DNA of 60,176 nt from assembly GCA_964651755.1 (NCBI GenBank), contig CAZYZD010000002.1, forward strand, positions 1-60,176, read 5' to 3'. Source of the stretch: an uncultured Sulfurospirillum sp. GTDB taxonomy: Bacteria; Campylobacterota; Campylobacteria; Campylobacterales; QNZT01. Under the pieces are notes generated by a model, which saw only the letters and a program-made list of their open reading frames with translations, searched no databases and had not been told where the DNA came from. The first letter of the stretch is position 1; the number at the start of each line of letters is the position of its first letter. The translations under genes and the position numbers were made by a program. Below are positions 18,430-28,248 of the stretch, piece by piece.

Positions 18430-18920
18430 GAAATCAATACCAAAATAAAGAGATCTGTTGCCATATAGATGAAATATACCGGATCAAATGAGGGTAAATT
18501 AATGTTGAATAAAAATGCAAGAAAAAGATTGAAAAGATAGTATCCCAGGTAAGCATAAAGAACATAGATAAGATAGATACAAACAGTACAGTTGATAGCA
18601 GTTTCAATTTTCGGTGCCAGAAATAAGTGATAGAAAGTAGCCAATAATATAAAAGAGAAAAGAATCATTTCCCTGTCGATTTCAAAATAGAGCGTATAGA
18701 GAAAGAAAAGACCAATATAAAAATAGGACTTTTTGTCTGTATGGTATTTGCGCCAGAAATAAAAACCTATACCCAGTAATGGTGATAAATAAAGATAGAT
18801 TGTTCCCATAGACTCGTAAAAAAGTGCTGCACAAAACAGCAGAAGAGCTATGAGAGGTTGTAGATTAAAGCGACTTCGTCGCAGATAGGAAAATGTTTGC
18901 ATTTGACACAGTCTGCCCAT
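18426..18920 (-). CDS. polytopic inner-membrane protein, possibly MreD-like
   Basis: About 5 TM helices. Directly upstream of mrdA with overlapping stop/start. The real start is probably an internal Met. The function call rests on position only. Confidence 0.4.
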   Translation of the reverse strand: MGRLCQMQTFSYLRRSRFNLQPLIALLLFCAALFYESMGTIYLYLSPLLGIGFYFWRKYHTDKKSYFYIGLFFLYTLYFEIDREMILFSFILLATFYHLFLAPKIETAINCTVCIYLIYVLYAYLGYYLFNLFLAFLFNINLPSFDPVYFIYMATDLFILVLIS

Positions 18921-19321
18921 ATTTTATGTTCCGGAAGGGATTCTTTTGGAATCTCAGAAAAACCAAGTTTTTCAAAAAAACGTTGCTCGTAAGTTAAGGT
19001 AAAAAGACGTTCTACCCCCAATATTTTGGCTTCTTCGATGCATTGTGTTACAAGTTTACCGCCAATACCATGCCCACGCATTTTTTCGGCGACAATCAAA
19101 CTTCTGATCTCCGCAAGAGTAGGAGTATGTATATGCAATGCGGTAAAACCGATAACTTCATCCTGCTTTTTCGCAAGGGTGTAGGAGCGGATGTTGGTTG
19201 CTATTTCATCATCGGATCTGAAAAGAATTTTACCTGATTTTACTTCAGGAAGTACCAGTTCCTGCATCTGTGCAATAGTATTGAGTTTGGGTTTTTGATA
19301 AAGAATCTCAGACATTTTCAC
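18848..19321 (-). CDS. GNAT N-acetyltransferase (ArgA-like)
   Basis: 157 aa. Acetyl-CoA motif RGHGIGGKLV and a C-terminal Cys cluster CVKCKHFPICDE. Confidence 0.8.
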   Translation of the reverse strand: MKMSEILYQKPKLNTIAQMQELVLPEVKSGKILFRSDDEIATNIRSYTLAKKQDEVIGFTALHIHTPTLAEIRSLIVAEKMRGHGIGGKLVTQCIEEAKILGVERLFTLTYEQRFFEKLGFSEIPKESLPEHKIWADCVKCKHFPICDEVALIYNLS

Positions 19322-19919
19322 ACTTTTTCATAAAGAGTTTTTCAAAAACTTTTGCAGTTGCTTCCGCGATACCGCTCTTTTTCAAATTTGAGACAATCAT
19401 TGCATCTGGCTCTATCTTTTTTAAAGCGGATTTTCCTTTTTGGTTTAACTTATCTCCTTTGGTAAAGATAATTAAAATCTCCTGATCTCCCCGTTTGATT
19501 GACTGAAGATATTCATAAACATCCTTGTCAATTTGCATATGAGGATGTCTGGCATCCTGTAAAAGGATAAACAGGCGTATGGCACTTCGTTTAGTGATAA
19601 ATTCACTTAAACTTTTTTGCCAACTTGCTTTTTCTGTTTTGGAGACTTTTGCATATCCAAATCCCGGTAAATCTACTATACGAGCTTGATATTTTTCGCC
19701 ATTACAGTCAAATGTAATGCTAAAAAAGTTTATAAGGCGGGTTTTACCCGGAGTTGCAGAACTCTTTGCAAGATTTTTACGATTTGTCAAAGAGTTTATA
19801 AAACTACTTTTACCTACATTGCTGCGTCCGATAACTGCAATCTCACTGAGGTCTTCGGGCAATGCCTGTGATATATTTGCAGCAGATGTAATAAAATTTG
19901 CTTCGGTGATTTTAAGCAT
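19308..19919 (-). CDS. engB: ribosome biogenesis GTPase YihA/EngB
   Basis: 203 aa. G1 GRSNVGKSS, G3 DLPGFG, G4 TKGDK. Confidence 0.92.
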   Translation of the reverse strand: MLKITEANFITSAANISQALPEDLSEIAVIGRSNVGKSSFINSLTNRKNLAKSSATPGKTRLINFFSITFDCNGEKYQARIVDLPGFGYAKVSKTEKASWQKSLSEFITKRSAIRLFILLQDARHPHMQIDKDVYEYLQSIKRGDQEILIIFTKGDKLNQKGKSALKKIEPDAMIVSNLKKSGIAEATAKVFEKLFMKKCENV

Positions 19920-19922
19920 AAA

Positions 19923-20375
19923 CTACTCTTCTACTGTGAAAGTGAATTTAACAGGTCTGTTTCTTTTGCCTGAAATAGTTGTTTTTCCGCTGGTACGGTC
20001 AATGACGATTTTTTCTCCCTGAAGTGTTTTATCAGTTATTTTTTCTTTAAGAAATACATTTCCCTGTGCGATATAACGTTTTTGTTTAGGATCATAAATA
20101 ATCTCATTTCCGGTACCGACAAAGTGTTGTGTTTTGGTTCTGATATCAAAAGTGACATTTCCGGTAAGTTTATAACGAAGAGGTTTGTTCTCTTTGTCAA
20201 AAGTGATTAAGAGTTTATCTGCCTTGATATCATCCTTACCTTTTGTCACATGTACATGACCGCTTAAAATAGAAATTTTTTTATTTTCATATGCTTCAAA
20301 ATGGTCTGCTGTAACAGTAATCTTTTCAGCAAAAAGTAAAAAAGTGGTACAGAAAAGTAAAAAAAGTATTTTCAA
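19923..20375 (-). CDS. lptA: LPS export periplasmic protein LptA (OstA-like)
   Basis: 150 aa with a signal peptide and an OstA-like beta-jellyroll sequence. Sits downstream of lptC. Confidence 0.8.
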   Translation of the reverse strand: MKILFLLFCTTFLLFAEKITVTADHFEAYENKKISILSGHVHVTKGKDDIKADKLLITFDKENKPLRYKLTGNVTFDIRTKTQHFVGTGNEIIYDPKQKRYIAQGNVFLKEKITDKTLQGEKIVIDRTSGKTTISGKRNRPVKFTFTVEE

Positions 20376-20378
20376 TGG

Positions 20379-20900
20379 TTACTGATCCTCTTCAATCGTA
20401 AAAACGATATTTTTGGCTTTGATTTCTCCAGATTTTGCATCATATACCAGGTAACTTCCTTCTGCTGTGGAACTATTGTACTCAAGGAAAAAAGGTGTAT
20501 GTGATACGACACGTTCTGTATCTGTATTATACACTAAATCGTCACTTTTTAAAAGGAAAGTGGCATTAGAACGGTAAAGAACGTTATTAATAAGATGCAG
20601 GATGTTTTGTCTGTAGACTGCTTTGTCTGCTTTGAGTGTATCGTTGTGATCTTCAAAATAGAGTATACTGTAGATATCATACAATTCATTACGTTCTTTA
20701 TAGGCAAGTGCTTTGGATGCTTCTAGTTTTCCTTTAAGACCTTCTGTTGTAATAAGATAAGCATTTAGCTGCTCAAAAGTAATATCACTGAAGTCAATTT
20801 TTGGCTGTTTGATCTCCAGTGTTATAGGTTCCTGTGTACTTAAAAAAGTAATCTCCATAATCAAAAGGAGTAAAATAATGGCAAAGATTTTTACAGCCAC
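20379..20900 (-). CDS. lptC: LPS export protein LptC
   Basis: 173 aa with an N-terminal TM anchor. Lies between kdsC and lptA. Confidence 0.7.
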   Translation of the reverse strand: MAVKIFAIILLLLIMEITFLSTQEPITLEIKQPKIDFSDITFEQLNAYLITTEGLKGKLEASKALAYKERNELYDIYSILYFEDHNDTLKADKAVYRQNILHLINNVLYRSNATFLLKSDDLVYNTDTERVVSHTPFFLEYNSSTAEGSYLVYDAKSGEIKAKNIVFTIEEDQ

Positions 20901-21385
20901 AGTTTTAGAAACTCCTCTTGTAAATTTTCTTCTTCTACGAGGATATCAATCATTTCACGTACGCAAGCATCTCCCCCTTTTCTCGAGAGTACTGTTTGTA
21001 CACTCTTTTGAATATATGCTGCTCCGTCGGCGGGAGTAAAAGAGCGTTTTGCAGATTTTAGCATATGGTAATCATTCAAATCATCACCTATAACGGCAAC
21101 ATTGTCGAATGTTAGATTCTCTTTTTCCAGAATCTCTTCTAGTTTTTGCTGTTTGTTGTTCACACCCTGAAAAAAATATTTTATACCTAACTCTTTTGCC
21201 CGGCGTTCTACAATTTTTGATTTTCTGCCTGTAATGATGGCAGCCATTCTACCCATACGAATCCAGGTAACAATTGCCAGACCATCTTTGACATGAAAAG
21301 ACTTTATCTCATCTTCATGTTGGGTATATGTGATAGCTCCGTTAGTCATGCATCCGTCTACATCAAGAACAAGTAGTTTGATCAT
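20891..21385 (-). CDS. kdsC: 3-deoxy-D-manno-octulosonate 8-phosphate phosphatase (HAD-IIIA)
   Basis: 164 aa. LVLDVDGCMTNG and GDDLND HAD motifs. Confidence 0.9.
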   Translation of the reverse strand: MIKLLVLDVDGCMTNGAITYTQHEDEIKSFHVKDGLAIVTWIRMGRMAAIITGRKSKIVERRAKELGIKYFFQGVNNKQQKLEEILEKENLTFDNVAVIGDDLNDYHMLKSAKRSFTPADGAAYIQKSVQTVLSRKGGDACVREMIDILVEEENLQEEFLKLWL

Positions 21386-21954
21386 AAAATACCCTTGGTA
21401 CTTGGCACACCGATTCTCTCATTTTTTGCAACTGCACGTCTAAGCGCAACAGCAAAAGATTTAAATGCGGCTTCTACGATATGGTGACGGTTTTTCCCCC
21501 TCAGACAGACAATATGTGCAGTAATACCTGCATTGAAACAGAGGGCTCTGAAAAATTCTTCGACAAGTTCTGTATCAAAATCGCCGATTTTATCGGAAAT
21601 GTCTACTTCAAAATGTAAAAATGGGCGATTGCTTAAATCAAGTGCTGTATTGACACTTGCTTCATCCATAACAACAGTTGCTTCACCGTATCGTTCAACA
21701 TTTTCTATAGGAAAGATCTCTTTTTTTAATGCTTCTCCGAGTACAATTCCTGTATCTTCAACACTGTGATGAAAGTCGATGTGCGTATCACCTTTGCAGA
21801 GAAGTTCCAGATCAAGCAGACCATGTTTGCTGAAAGCTTCTAGCATATGATCAAAAAAACCAATACCTGTTTTGATTTCGTTTTTTCCTGTTCCATAGAG
21901 ATCAAGTGTTGCTTTTATCTGTGTCTCTTTGGTTATTCTCTCTATTGTAGTCAT
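21382..21954 (-). CDS. hisB: imidazoleglycerol-phosphate dehydratase
   Basis: 190 aa. GIGFFDHML and HHSVED motifs. Confidence 0.95.
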   Translation of the reverse strand: MTTIERITKETQIKATLDLYGTGKNEIKTGIGFFDHMLEAFSKHGLLDLELLCKGDTHIDFHHSVEDTGIVLGEALKKEIFPIENVERYGEATVVMDEASVNTALDLSNRPFLHFEVDISDKIGDFDTELVEEFFRALCFNAGITAHIVCLRGKNRHHIVEAAFKSFAVALRRAVAKNERIGVPSTKGIL

Positions 21955-21957
21955 TTT

Positions 21958-22827
21958 TTAATTCCTTACGACGAAGGCATCTTTATAGCCATATCGTTTC
22001 ATGTATTCTCTGGCTTCTTCCATGCTTTGAAAACCGCTGATCAATATACTGTATATCGGTTGATTGCCAATTTTTTTTCTTTTAATCTGTATGGGATGCT
22101 TTTGTACTATATTATAGCATTTTCTTTTAAAAGCGAGTGCTTTTTCTTCATCACTGAAAGAGGCTATCTGGATATTGAATATGCCTGAAACTTGTTTTGG
22201 ACTACTCTCTTTTTGTTTATTTTCAGAAGAGAGATCTGTTTTTAAGGAGAGTATATCGGCTTTTGTTTTAGATGGTAATTTTTTATGTGCATATTGGCTG
22301 GCACTTTCATCAAAACTAATTACTTCTAATTCAACTTTTGCTGTACCGTGTTTTACTACACCTATTTCCTGGGCTGCTTGATAGGAAAGGTCGATAATGC
22401 GGTCTTTGACAAAAGGACCTCTGTCATTGATACGAACAATAGTACTGCGTTTGTTAGCAAGGTTGGTTACTTTGACCATGGTATTGATGGGTAAAGTTTT
22501 GTGCGCAGCAGTATGATCATACATATTGTAATACTCTCCGTTGGAAGTTTGTGCACCGTGAAAATTTGGACCATACCAGCTGGCAGTACCATAAAATTTT
22601 TCTCCAACTCTTACGGTAGTAGGGCAGTATTCTACCCCGTTGACACAGTAAGGTTTCATAGTGGCACGGTACATATTTTTACTGGTAATAGGTTTTTGTA
22701 CAGGAGGTCTGTATTCTGGAACAGTATGTGAGTAATTATAGTCGTCTACAGGGACAAAAGGGTTTTGTATATTGCTGCAGGCAGTAAACAATATAAGAGG
22801 CAGTGTTACAAAAAACAGACTTTTCAT
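21958..22827 (-). CDS. rlpA: septal ring lytic transglycosylase RlpA with C-terminal SPOR domain
   Basis: 289 aa. Lipoprotein-type signal (LFTAC). DPBB core GTASWYGPNFHG...VRINDRGPF. SPOR-like C-terminus. Confidence 0.9.
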   Translation of the reverse strand: MKSLFFVTLPLILFTACSNIQNPFVPVDDYNYSHTVPEYRPPVQKPITSKNMYRATMKPYCVNGVEYCPTTVRVGEKFYGTASWYGPNFHGAQTSNGEYYNMYDHTAAHKTLPINTMVKVTNLANKRSTIVRINDRGPFVKDRIIDLSYQAAQEIGVVKHGTAKVELEVISFDESASQYAHKKLPSKTKADILSLKTDLSSENKQKESSPKQVSGIFNIQIASFSDEEKALAFKRKCYNIVQKHPIQIKRKKIGNQPIYSILISGFQSMEEAREYMKRYGYKDAFVVRN

Positions 22828-22829
22828 CG

Positions 22830-24503
22830 TTACTTTTCATGCTGGAGTTTTGGAATGAGTGTGGTATTGTTTTCTTTTATCTTTAGTATTAAGACATTTC
22901 CTTCTTTAAAAATATCTGATATTTTAAGATTGAAATGCTTTGCAATTTTTTCTAATGTGTCATTTTTTTCCATCATATGTGTTACTGTTTTATATACCGG
23001 AAGTTTTTTTGGTGTTTTTGAAAGTTTAGGTTCTGTTTTTGTCTGAATAGTTTTATTTTGTTCACCCCGTTTCTCTTTTTGCTTTACCAATATAGTAGTG
23101 TTTGTTTCATTTTTGTCAGAGTGGGTGGTGTTTGTCTCGTTTTTGTCAGTTTGTGTAGTGTTTGTTTCTGTAATAATAGTTTTTGTCTTAAATGATGCAA
23201 TAGAGATATTGCCTTCTTTTGTTTTGTTTTTTTCCAGTGTTGTAACTATTTTTATTTTAGTACCTGCTTTTACCTTTTTTTTGATTCCTGGATTCAGCTT
23301 TTTCAGTGCTGCAAGTCTGTTATTGAATTTAAGACTGAGTTCGTAGAGTGAAGTATCGGATTCGACTGTGTATGTTTTGACGATATGTTTTTTTTTCATT
23401 TTTTCCGGAGGAGTTTGTGGTAAATCTTTTGGTGCTTTTCCCAGAAGTGTCAAAGGCATACCTATTTTAAGTACTTTGTGTTTTTCAAGTTGGGGATTCA
23501 GCTCCCTGAGTGCTTTCATTCGGATATTGAAACGTCTGCTGATACGAAAAAGTGTGTCGTTAGGCTGAACATAGTATACAAATGTTTCACCGCTTTTTTT
23601 GATTTTTTCTTTTGCTTTTTCTGCTAGATCTTCGGGCAGGTAGACATAATACATTTTTTTATTGACAGGTAATCTATTCTTAATAAGATGAGGATTGCAT
23701 GCTTTGAGCTTTTTATACGGGACTCCAATTTTATAGGCAATTGTCTGTAGACTTTCCCCGCCTTTAAAATAGAGTTTTGTAAGTTTTTTGTTGCTGCAGA
23801 ACCCAAAAAGATGATTTTTATTGTTTTTCTTGATGATATTTTTATCATTTGCCAGAAGTGCCGCGACAATAATACGACGTATGTAATCCCTTGTCTCTTT
23901 AGGAAGATATTCTTCCTTTTCATCCAATAATACAGCAAGATCATCTGTACCCGCTTTTTTGATAGCATTTGCCAGTCGCCTTTCTCCGCAGTTATATGCC
24001 ATTGCCGCCAGATACCATTTTTGAAAACGACTATAGAGGTATTTTAAATATTGGATAGCAGCTTTAGTGGATTTGATGGGGTCGAGACGTTCATCTATTT
24101 CTCTATCTTTTCTTAATTTATACTCTTTTGCAGTTGCGGGCATAAATTGCCATAAGCCTGCAGCGTGTTTATGTGATTTACTGTCTGCCAGAAATTTTGA
24201 TTCTACCATCGCCATATAGAGGAATGTACTTGGAATATCAGATTCGTTGAGCAACTCCTGCAGATTTGGCATAAAAAGGTTACCACGTTTAAGTGTCCTT
24301 AAAAAATAGATTCTTTTGAGTTCATTTATTTTCTCTTTTGTTTCGATATAGTGTTCATCGTTGTAAAAGAGAGGATCGATGTCAAGACTTTCAAGAATAT
24401 CTATCTCTTTTTCCGGAGCAATATGAATTGGTTCGGTATCAGCAAAAGAGGGTTGAAGAACAAGTTGGGTAAAAAAAAGAGTTATAAAAATAAAAATCTT
24501 CAT
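22830..24503 (-). CDS. MltD-like lytic transglycosylase with multiple LysM domains
   Basis: 557 aa. SLT catalytic region (MVESKF...AAGLWQFM), at least 3 LysM-like repeats, and a Thr/Asn-rich tandem repeat. Confidence 0.88.
   Translation of the reverse strand: MKIFIFITLFFTQLVLQPSFADTEPIHIAPEKEIDILESLDIDPLFYNDEHYIETKEKINELKRIYFLRTLKRGNLFMPNLQELLNESDIPSTFLYMAMVESKFLADSKSHKHAAGLWQFMPATAKEYKLRKDREIDERLDPIKSTKAAIQYLKYLYSRFQKWYLAAMAYNCGERRLANAIKKAGTDDLAVLLDEKEEYLPKETRDYIRRIIVAALLANDKNIIKKNNKNHLFGFCSNKKLTKLYFKGGESLQTIAYKIGVPYKKLKACNPHLIKNRLPVNKKMYYVYLPEDLAEKAKEKIKKSGETFVYYVQPNDTLFRISRRFNIRMKALRELNPQLEKHKVLKIGMPLTLLGKAPKDLPQTPPEKMKKKHIVKTYTVESDTSLYELSLKFNNRLAALKKLNPGIKKKVKAGTKIKIVTTLEKNKTKEGNISIASFKTKTIITETNTTQTDKNETNTTHSDKNETNTTILVKQKEKRGEQNKTIQTKTEPKLSKTPKKLPVYKTVTHMMEKNDTLEKIAKHFNLKISDIFKEGNVLILKIKENNTTLIPKLQHEK
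23098..23170. repeat. 30-bp tandem repeat, about 2.4 copies, inside the MltD-like gene
   Basis: Units at 23098-23127 and 23128-23157, with a partial third copy. Encodes ETNTTQTDKN / ETNTTHSDKN / ETNTT. Confidence 0.8.
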
Positions 24504-24590
24504 ATTAGGTAATAGAATTCCTTAAAAAAGCAATATTTGGCGCTTTTATACAATTCAGGAGATTGTAGTTAAAGAGTACTTATATCTTAT

Positions 24591-25370
24591 TTAAAAAAAT
24601 GCTTTAAAAAGTTTACGTGTGTTTTGAAGAATGATCTCTTCTAGTTCCTGTTGTTCTATATGAAGGGTTTCAGCCATTTTTTGTGCAATAAAAGTAGTAT
24701 AAAATGGTTCATTACGCTCTCCCCTGTGGGGATGCGGTGTTAAATAGGGTGCATCTGTTTCGATAAGAAGCTTGTTTTTGGGGATTTGCGGCAAAATATC
24801 GACCAGCTTTTTTGCATTTTTAAAGGTGATAACACCTCCAATACCATAGTAAAATCCATGTTGATCAAGTTCAAGCAATATAGGACTTGCATTGTAACAG
24901 TGCAAAACACCTCCCACTTCTTTTGCATTTTCTTCTATCAATATATCAAGGCTCTCTTTGGATGCATCCCGTATATGGATAATCAGAGGTTTGTTATGGG
25001 ATTTTGCAAGTGCAATTTGTTCTTTGAAAATCTCTTTTTGCACTCTTTTCTCTTCTTCCTTTTCTTTTTCATCATCTGGAAGACGGTAATAATCAAGTCC
25101 ACACTCTCCTACTGCTATACATTTTGGATGGTTTATATATTTTTCGAGGGAGGAGATGTTAAACGCTTCTTTGTCGTAGGGGTGGACACCTACCGCAAAA
25201 TAGATATTTTCATGTTGTTCTGCGATTTCAACAGCCCGTGGCAATTCCTTTGGATCTGCTCCTGGTATGATCATTCCTGTAACATTTGCATCATAAGCAC
25301 GTTGAATAACATCTTCAAGATCATTTTCAAAACGTTTATCATTCAAATGGCAATGGGTATCGATGATCAT
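24591..25370 (-). CDS. TatD-family metal-dependent hydrolase/DNase
   Basis: 259 aa. IIDTHCHL N-terminal motif and LLIETDAPYL. Confidence 0.92.
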   Translation of the reverse strand: MIIDTHCHLNDKRFENDLEDVIQRAYDANVTGMIIPGADPKELPRAVEIAEQHENIYFAVGVHPYDKEAFNISSLEKYINHPKCIAVGECGLDYYRLPDDEKEKEEEKRVQKEIFKEQIALAKSHNKPLIIHIRDASKESLDILIEENAKEVGGVLHCYNASPILLELDQHGFYYGIGGVITFKNAKKLVDILPQIPKNKLLIETDAPYLTPHPHRGERNEPFYTTFIAQKMAETLHIEQQELEEIILQNTRKLFKAFF

Positions 25371-25441
25371 GATATTTTTTTCTCCTGAGGCTGAAAAATT
25401 GAGGTATTATTTTAATATGTGTGTAGTAATGATATGCTGAG

Positions 25442-25466
25442 AAGAGAGTATAAAACTCTCTTTTTT
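25442..25466. terminator. hairpin AAGAGAGT-ataaa-ACTCTCTT plus T-run; orientation ambiguous
   Basis: 12 nt downstream of the dodecin stop on the minus strand, but the T-tract follows the stem on the plus strand. Confidence 0.35.
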
Positions 25467-25473
25467 AATTTTA

Positions 25474-25677
25474 TTAATCTATAACAAAAGAGATTTTTGC
25501 GGTGATACGGTATTTTACAATTTTATTGTCTACCACTTTCGCACTTTTCTCTTTAATGTAAATTGATTTAATATTTCGTACAGATTTTGATGCTTCATTG
25601 ATTGCATTTTGTGCAGCATCTTCCCAGCTTTTACTTGATTGTGCCAATACTTCAATTACTTTAACAACTTTTGACAT
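25474..25677 (-). CDS. dodecin-family flavin-binding protein
   Basis: 67 aa starting at MSKVVKVIEV. AAGGAG RBS 7 nt upstream. KSWEDA...A motif typical of dodecins. Confidence 0.75.
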   Translation of the reverse strand: MSKVVKVIEVLAQSSKSWEDAAQNAINEASKSVRNIKSIYIKEKSAKVVDNKIVKYRITAKISFVID

Positions 25678-25785
25678 AACAGACTCCTTTTTCAAATAGA
25701 TTTGTATGACTTTCATTATACCATAGTTTTAAAGGTCTGAGGTGATATGCTGAAAATAGAGCGCAATAAAGCAATAAAAGATCTC

Positions 25786-27318
25786 TTATTGTTTTTCCAA
25801 AAGACTTTTTGCAAAATTTATTGCTTCATCTGTAATCTCTTCAGCACTGATCATTCGTGAAAGTTCTTTGATCCGACCCTCTTTGTCCAATCTTTTTACC
25901 TGGCTGATATCTTTCTTTTTATGTACGAGAAAATGGATATCTGCGGAGGAAGAGAGTTGTGGCTGGTGGCTGATCGCAAAAATTTGATAATTTTGAGAAA
26001 GTTGTTTTAAAACTGTTGCAATACTCATTGACTCTTTTCCACTGACATTGGCGTCTATCTCATCCAGAATCAAAATACCCCCGTTTGCCTGGATAAATTC
26101 GCTTGATGCTGCCAGTAGTGCGAGACGTAGCCTGTTAAGTTCACCTGCACTTATTTTTTTGAGATCTGCAGTTTTGAGTTGTACATCTATCTGATCTTTA
26201 CCTCTCTCACTCAATGTCGTCTGTGATAGTGAAAAAGTAACTTTTTCAAGATAGAGAAAGTTGAGGTAATGTTCTACACGTGCCTGGAGTATTTTGACTG
26301 CTTTTGTTCTGTTTTGTGTCAGCTGCTCTGCAAGGATGGTGATCTTTTCATGAAGTTGTGTATGCTCTTTTTGCAGTTGTTCTTTTTCAAAAGAGAGATT
26401 TTCATAATGGTGTAACTCCTCTTTTTTTTGTTCCAGATAGGCAAGAGCCTCTTCAATTGATCCATGTTTGCGTTTCAAAGAGGAGAGCTGTTCTATTCTG
26501 TCAAGAAGGTATTCTATATTGATATCGTCCAGCTCTTCAAGTCTGCTGCCTGCCTCTTCGAAAACAGCTTCAAGCTGGGTCAGGGCATCATCGAAAAAGG
26601 TACTGTCGATCTCCAGTAGGTGCAATGCTTCTGCCACTTTTGCCGTATGCTGGAAAATCAGGGAAGCCTCATCTATACTTTTTTCAATTTTCTCTTTTTT
26701 GGAGAGCTCTTTTTTTTGTTGCATGAGGGTTTCATATTCATCTACTGTAGGTGCAATTTTTTCAATTTTTTCAATTTCAAATGCAGTAAATTCTTTTAAG
26801 TCCTGAATTTTTTTCTCTTCTTCTTGAATTTTTTTTAAGGCAGTGTCAATCTCTTTGTATTTGGTATAAGTGGTATGATAACTTTGGAGAATCTCTTTAT
26901 ACTGTCTGTTTTTATATGTTGCTATAGCATCCAAAAGTGTGAGGAGATTTTCATTTTCAAACTCTGTAAATTCACGTAGCGAGAGATAGTTGATAAAATT
27001 TTTGGAGATGGCTTTGATATTTTTTTTTGAAATTTGCTGGTTATTGATAAAGTACCGCGCTGCCTTTTCTTTGGTCAGCCGGAAAATATTTGGAGAATCC
27101 TCTTCGATGCCAAATGTTTCAAGATCCAGTTGTTGTTCTACAGAAGCTTCGATATATTTTGCATCGCACTCTTTGATGCCAAAAAGCGACAAAAGTGCTT
27201 CCATCAAAATAGATTTACCTGCGCCGCTTGGTCCGGTAAAAACAATAAAGTTCCGGTCAAATTCAAGAGTAACTTCCTTGAAACTAAGATGGTTTTTCAA
27301 ATAAAATCGTTCAATCAA
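25786..27318 (-). CDS. recN: DNA repair protein RecN
   Basis: 510 aa. Walker A GPSGAGKS, long coiled coil, C-terminal signature/Walker B (ILILDEID). Confidence 0.93.
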   Translation of the reverse strand: MIERFYLKNHLSFKEVTLEFDRNFIVFTGPSGAGKSILMEALLSLFGIKECDAKYIEASVEQQLDLETFGIEEDSPNIFRLTKEKAARYFINNQQISKKNIKAISKNFINYLSLREFTEFENENLLTLLDAIATYKNRQYKEILQSYHTTYTKYKEIDTALKKIQEEEKKIQDLKEFTAFEIEKIEKIAPTVDEYETLMQQKKELSKKEKIEKSIDEASLIFQHTAKVAEALHLLEIDSTFFDDALTQLEAVFEEAGSRLEELDDINIEYLLDRIEQLSSLKRKHGSIEEALAYLEQKKEELHHYENLSFEKEQLQKEHTQLHEKITILAEQLTQNRTKAVKILQARVEHYLNFLYLEKVTFSLSQTTLSERGKDQIDVQLKTADLKKISAGELNRLRLALLAASSEFIQANGGILILDEIDANVSGKESMSIATVLKQLSQNYQIFAISHQPQLSSSADIHFLVHKKKDISQVKRLDKEGRIKELSRMISAEEITDEAINFAKSLLEKQ

Positions 27319-28214
27319 TGTTTACTGCCCCAGTGTAGTTTTTGTTTTAGTACATCAAAATAATTACGTTCCAGCCGATGAATCATTCTAATCCCTTTAG
27401 GTGCAATTTTAATACAAATTGCATCAAAGAATTTAAGATTATAAATATCCTGTCCGTCTATGACGATGATTGTTTCATCCTCACTTTCAAAAGAGATTTC
27501 AAAATCTGCCGGTAATACAATAGGTCGTTCTGTCAAAGAGTGGGGACAGATTGGTGTAACAATGATTGCCTCGGTGAGGGGATATACAATAGGTCCTCCG
27601 GCAGAGAGGTTGTATGCGGTGGAACCTGTGGGAGTTGAAACGATAACACCGTCTCCATAGTAACGGTTCAGATGTTTTTTCGCCATATGGGACTCATAGG
27701 AAGTAACATAGGCATCAACATTTACCATACCTTCAATTGAAGGGCGGGAAAGGACGATATCGTTAAATGCTATTAATGATTTATTGGCAACTTGTGATAA
27801 AAGTACAACGTCTAATACCATTCGATGATCAATACGGTATTCGCCCTCAAAAATTTTTTCAATAAACTCTTCAATTTCATCAAGTTTGATATCTGTTAAA
27901 AATCCAAGATTACCGGCATTTATACCTAAAATAGGTTTATTGTGATGATAACTTTTCCTACTCAGAGACAATAATGTCCCATCCCCTCCAATAGAGATGA
28001 GCATATCGCTTTGCTCCAGCATCTCTTCAAGAGGCATCCCGGACATACCGAACTGTCGGGCACTTTGTTCTTCTATCAGTAGTGTTACATGATGTTTTTG
28101 GAGCGCTTTTTTTAAAATATCATAATATTTTTTTAATTGTGGTGAGTTTGGACGTACGACTAATCCAACAGTTTTAAGGTGTTGAATCTTTTCATTGCTT
28201 TTCAGTAGATGCAT
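27315..28214 (-). CDS. nadK: NAD+ kinase
   Basis: 299 aa. GGDGT and TPTGSTAYNLSAGGP motifs. Confidence 0.95.
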   Translation of the reverse strand: MHLLKSNEKIQHLKTVGLVVRPNSPQLKKYYDILKKALQKHHVTLLIEEQSARQFGMSGMPLEEMLEQSDMLISIGGDGTLLSLSRKSYHHNKPILGINAGNLGFLTDIKLDEIEEFIEKIFEGEYRIDHRMVLDVVLLSQVANKSLIAFNDIVLSRPSIEGMVNVDAYVTSYESHMAKKHLNRYYGDGVIVSTPTGSTAYNLSAGGPIVYPLTEAIIVTPICPHSLTERPIVLPADFEISFESEDETIIVIDGQDIYNLKFFDAICIKIAPKGIRMIHRLERNYFDVLKQKLHWGSKH

Positions 28215-28248
28215 ATTTTATTTTACTGCCATTTTGATTAATACCCTA

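Noticed and set aside
18848-18920. 73-nt overlap between the GNAT gene and the MreD-like ORF
   Set aside because: It most likely comes from an over-extended start for the membrane protein. Internal Met codons (for example at 18809) remove the overlap.
24786-25388. 200-aa ORF antisense to tatD, with a plus-oriented terminator-like hairpin just downstream (25442-25466)
   Set aside because: This is another codon-aligned shadow frame with a low-complexity Phe/Ile-rich product. The hairpin is more simply the (U-tract-poor) terminator of the dodecin gene or a bidirectional element.
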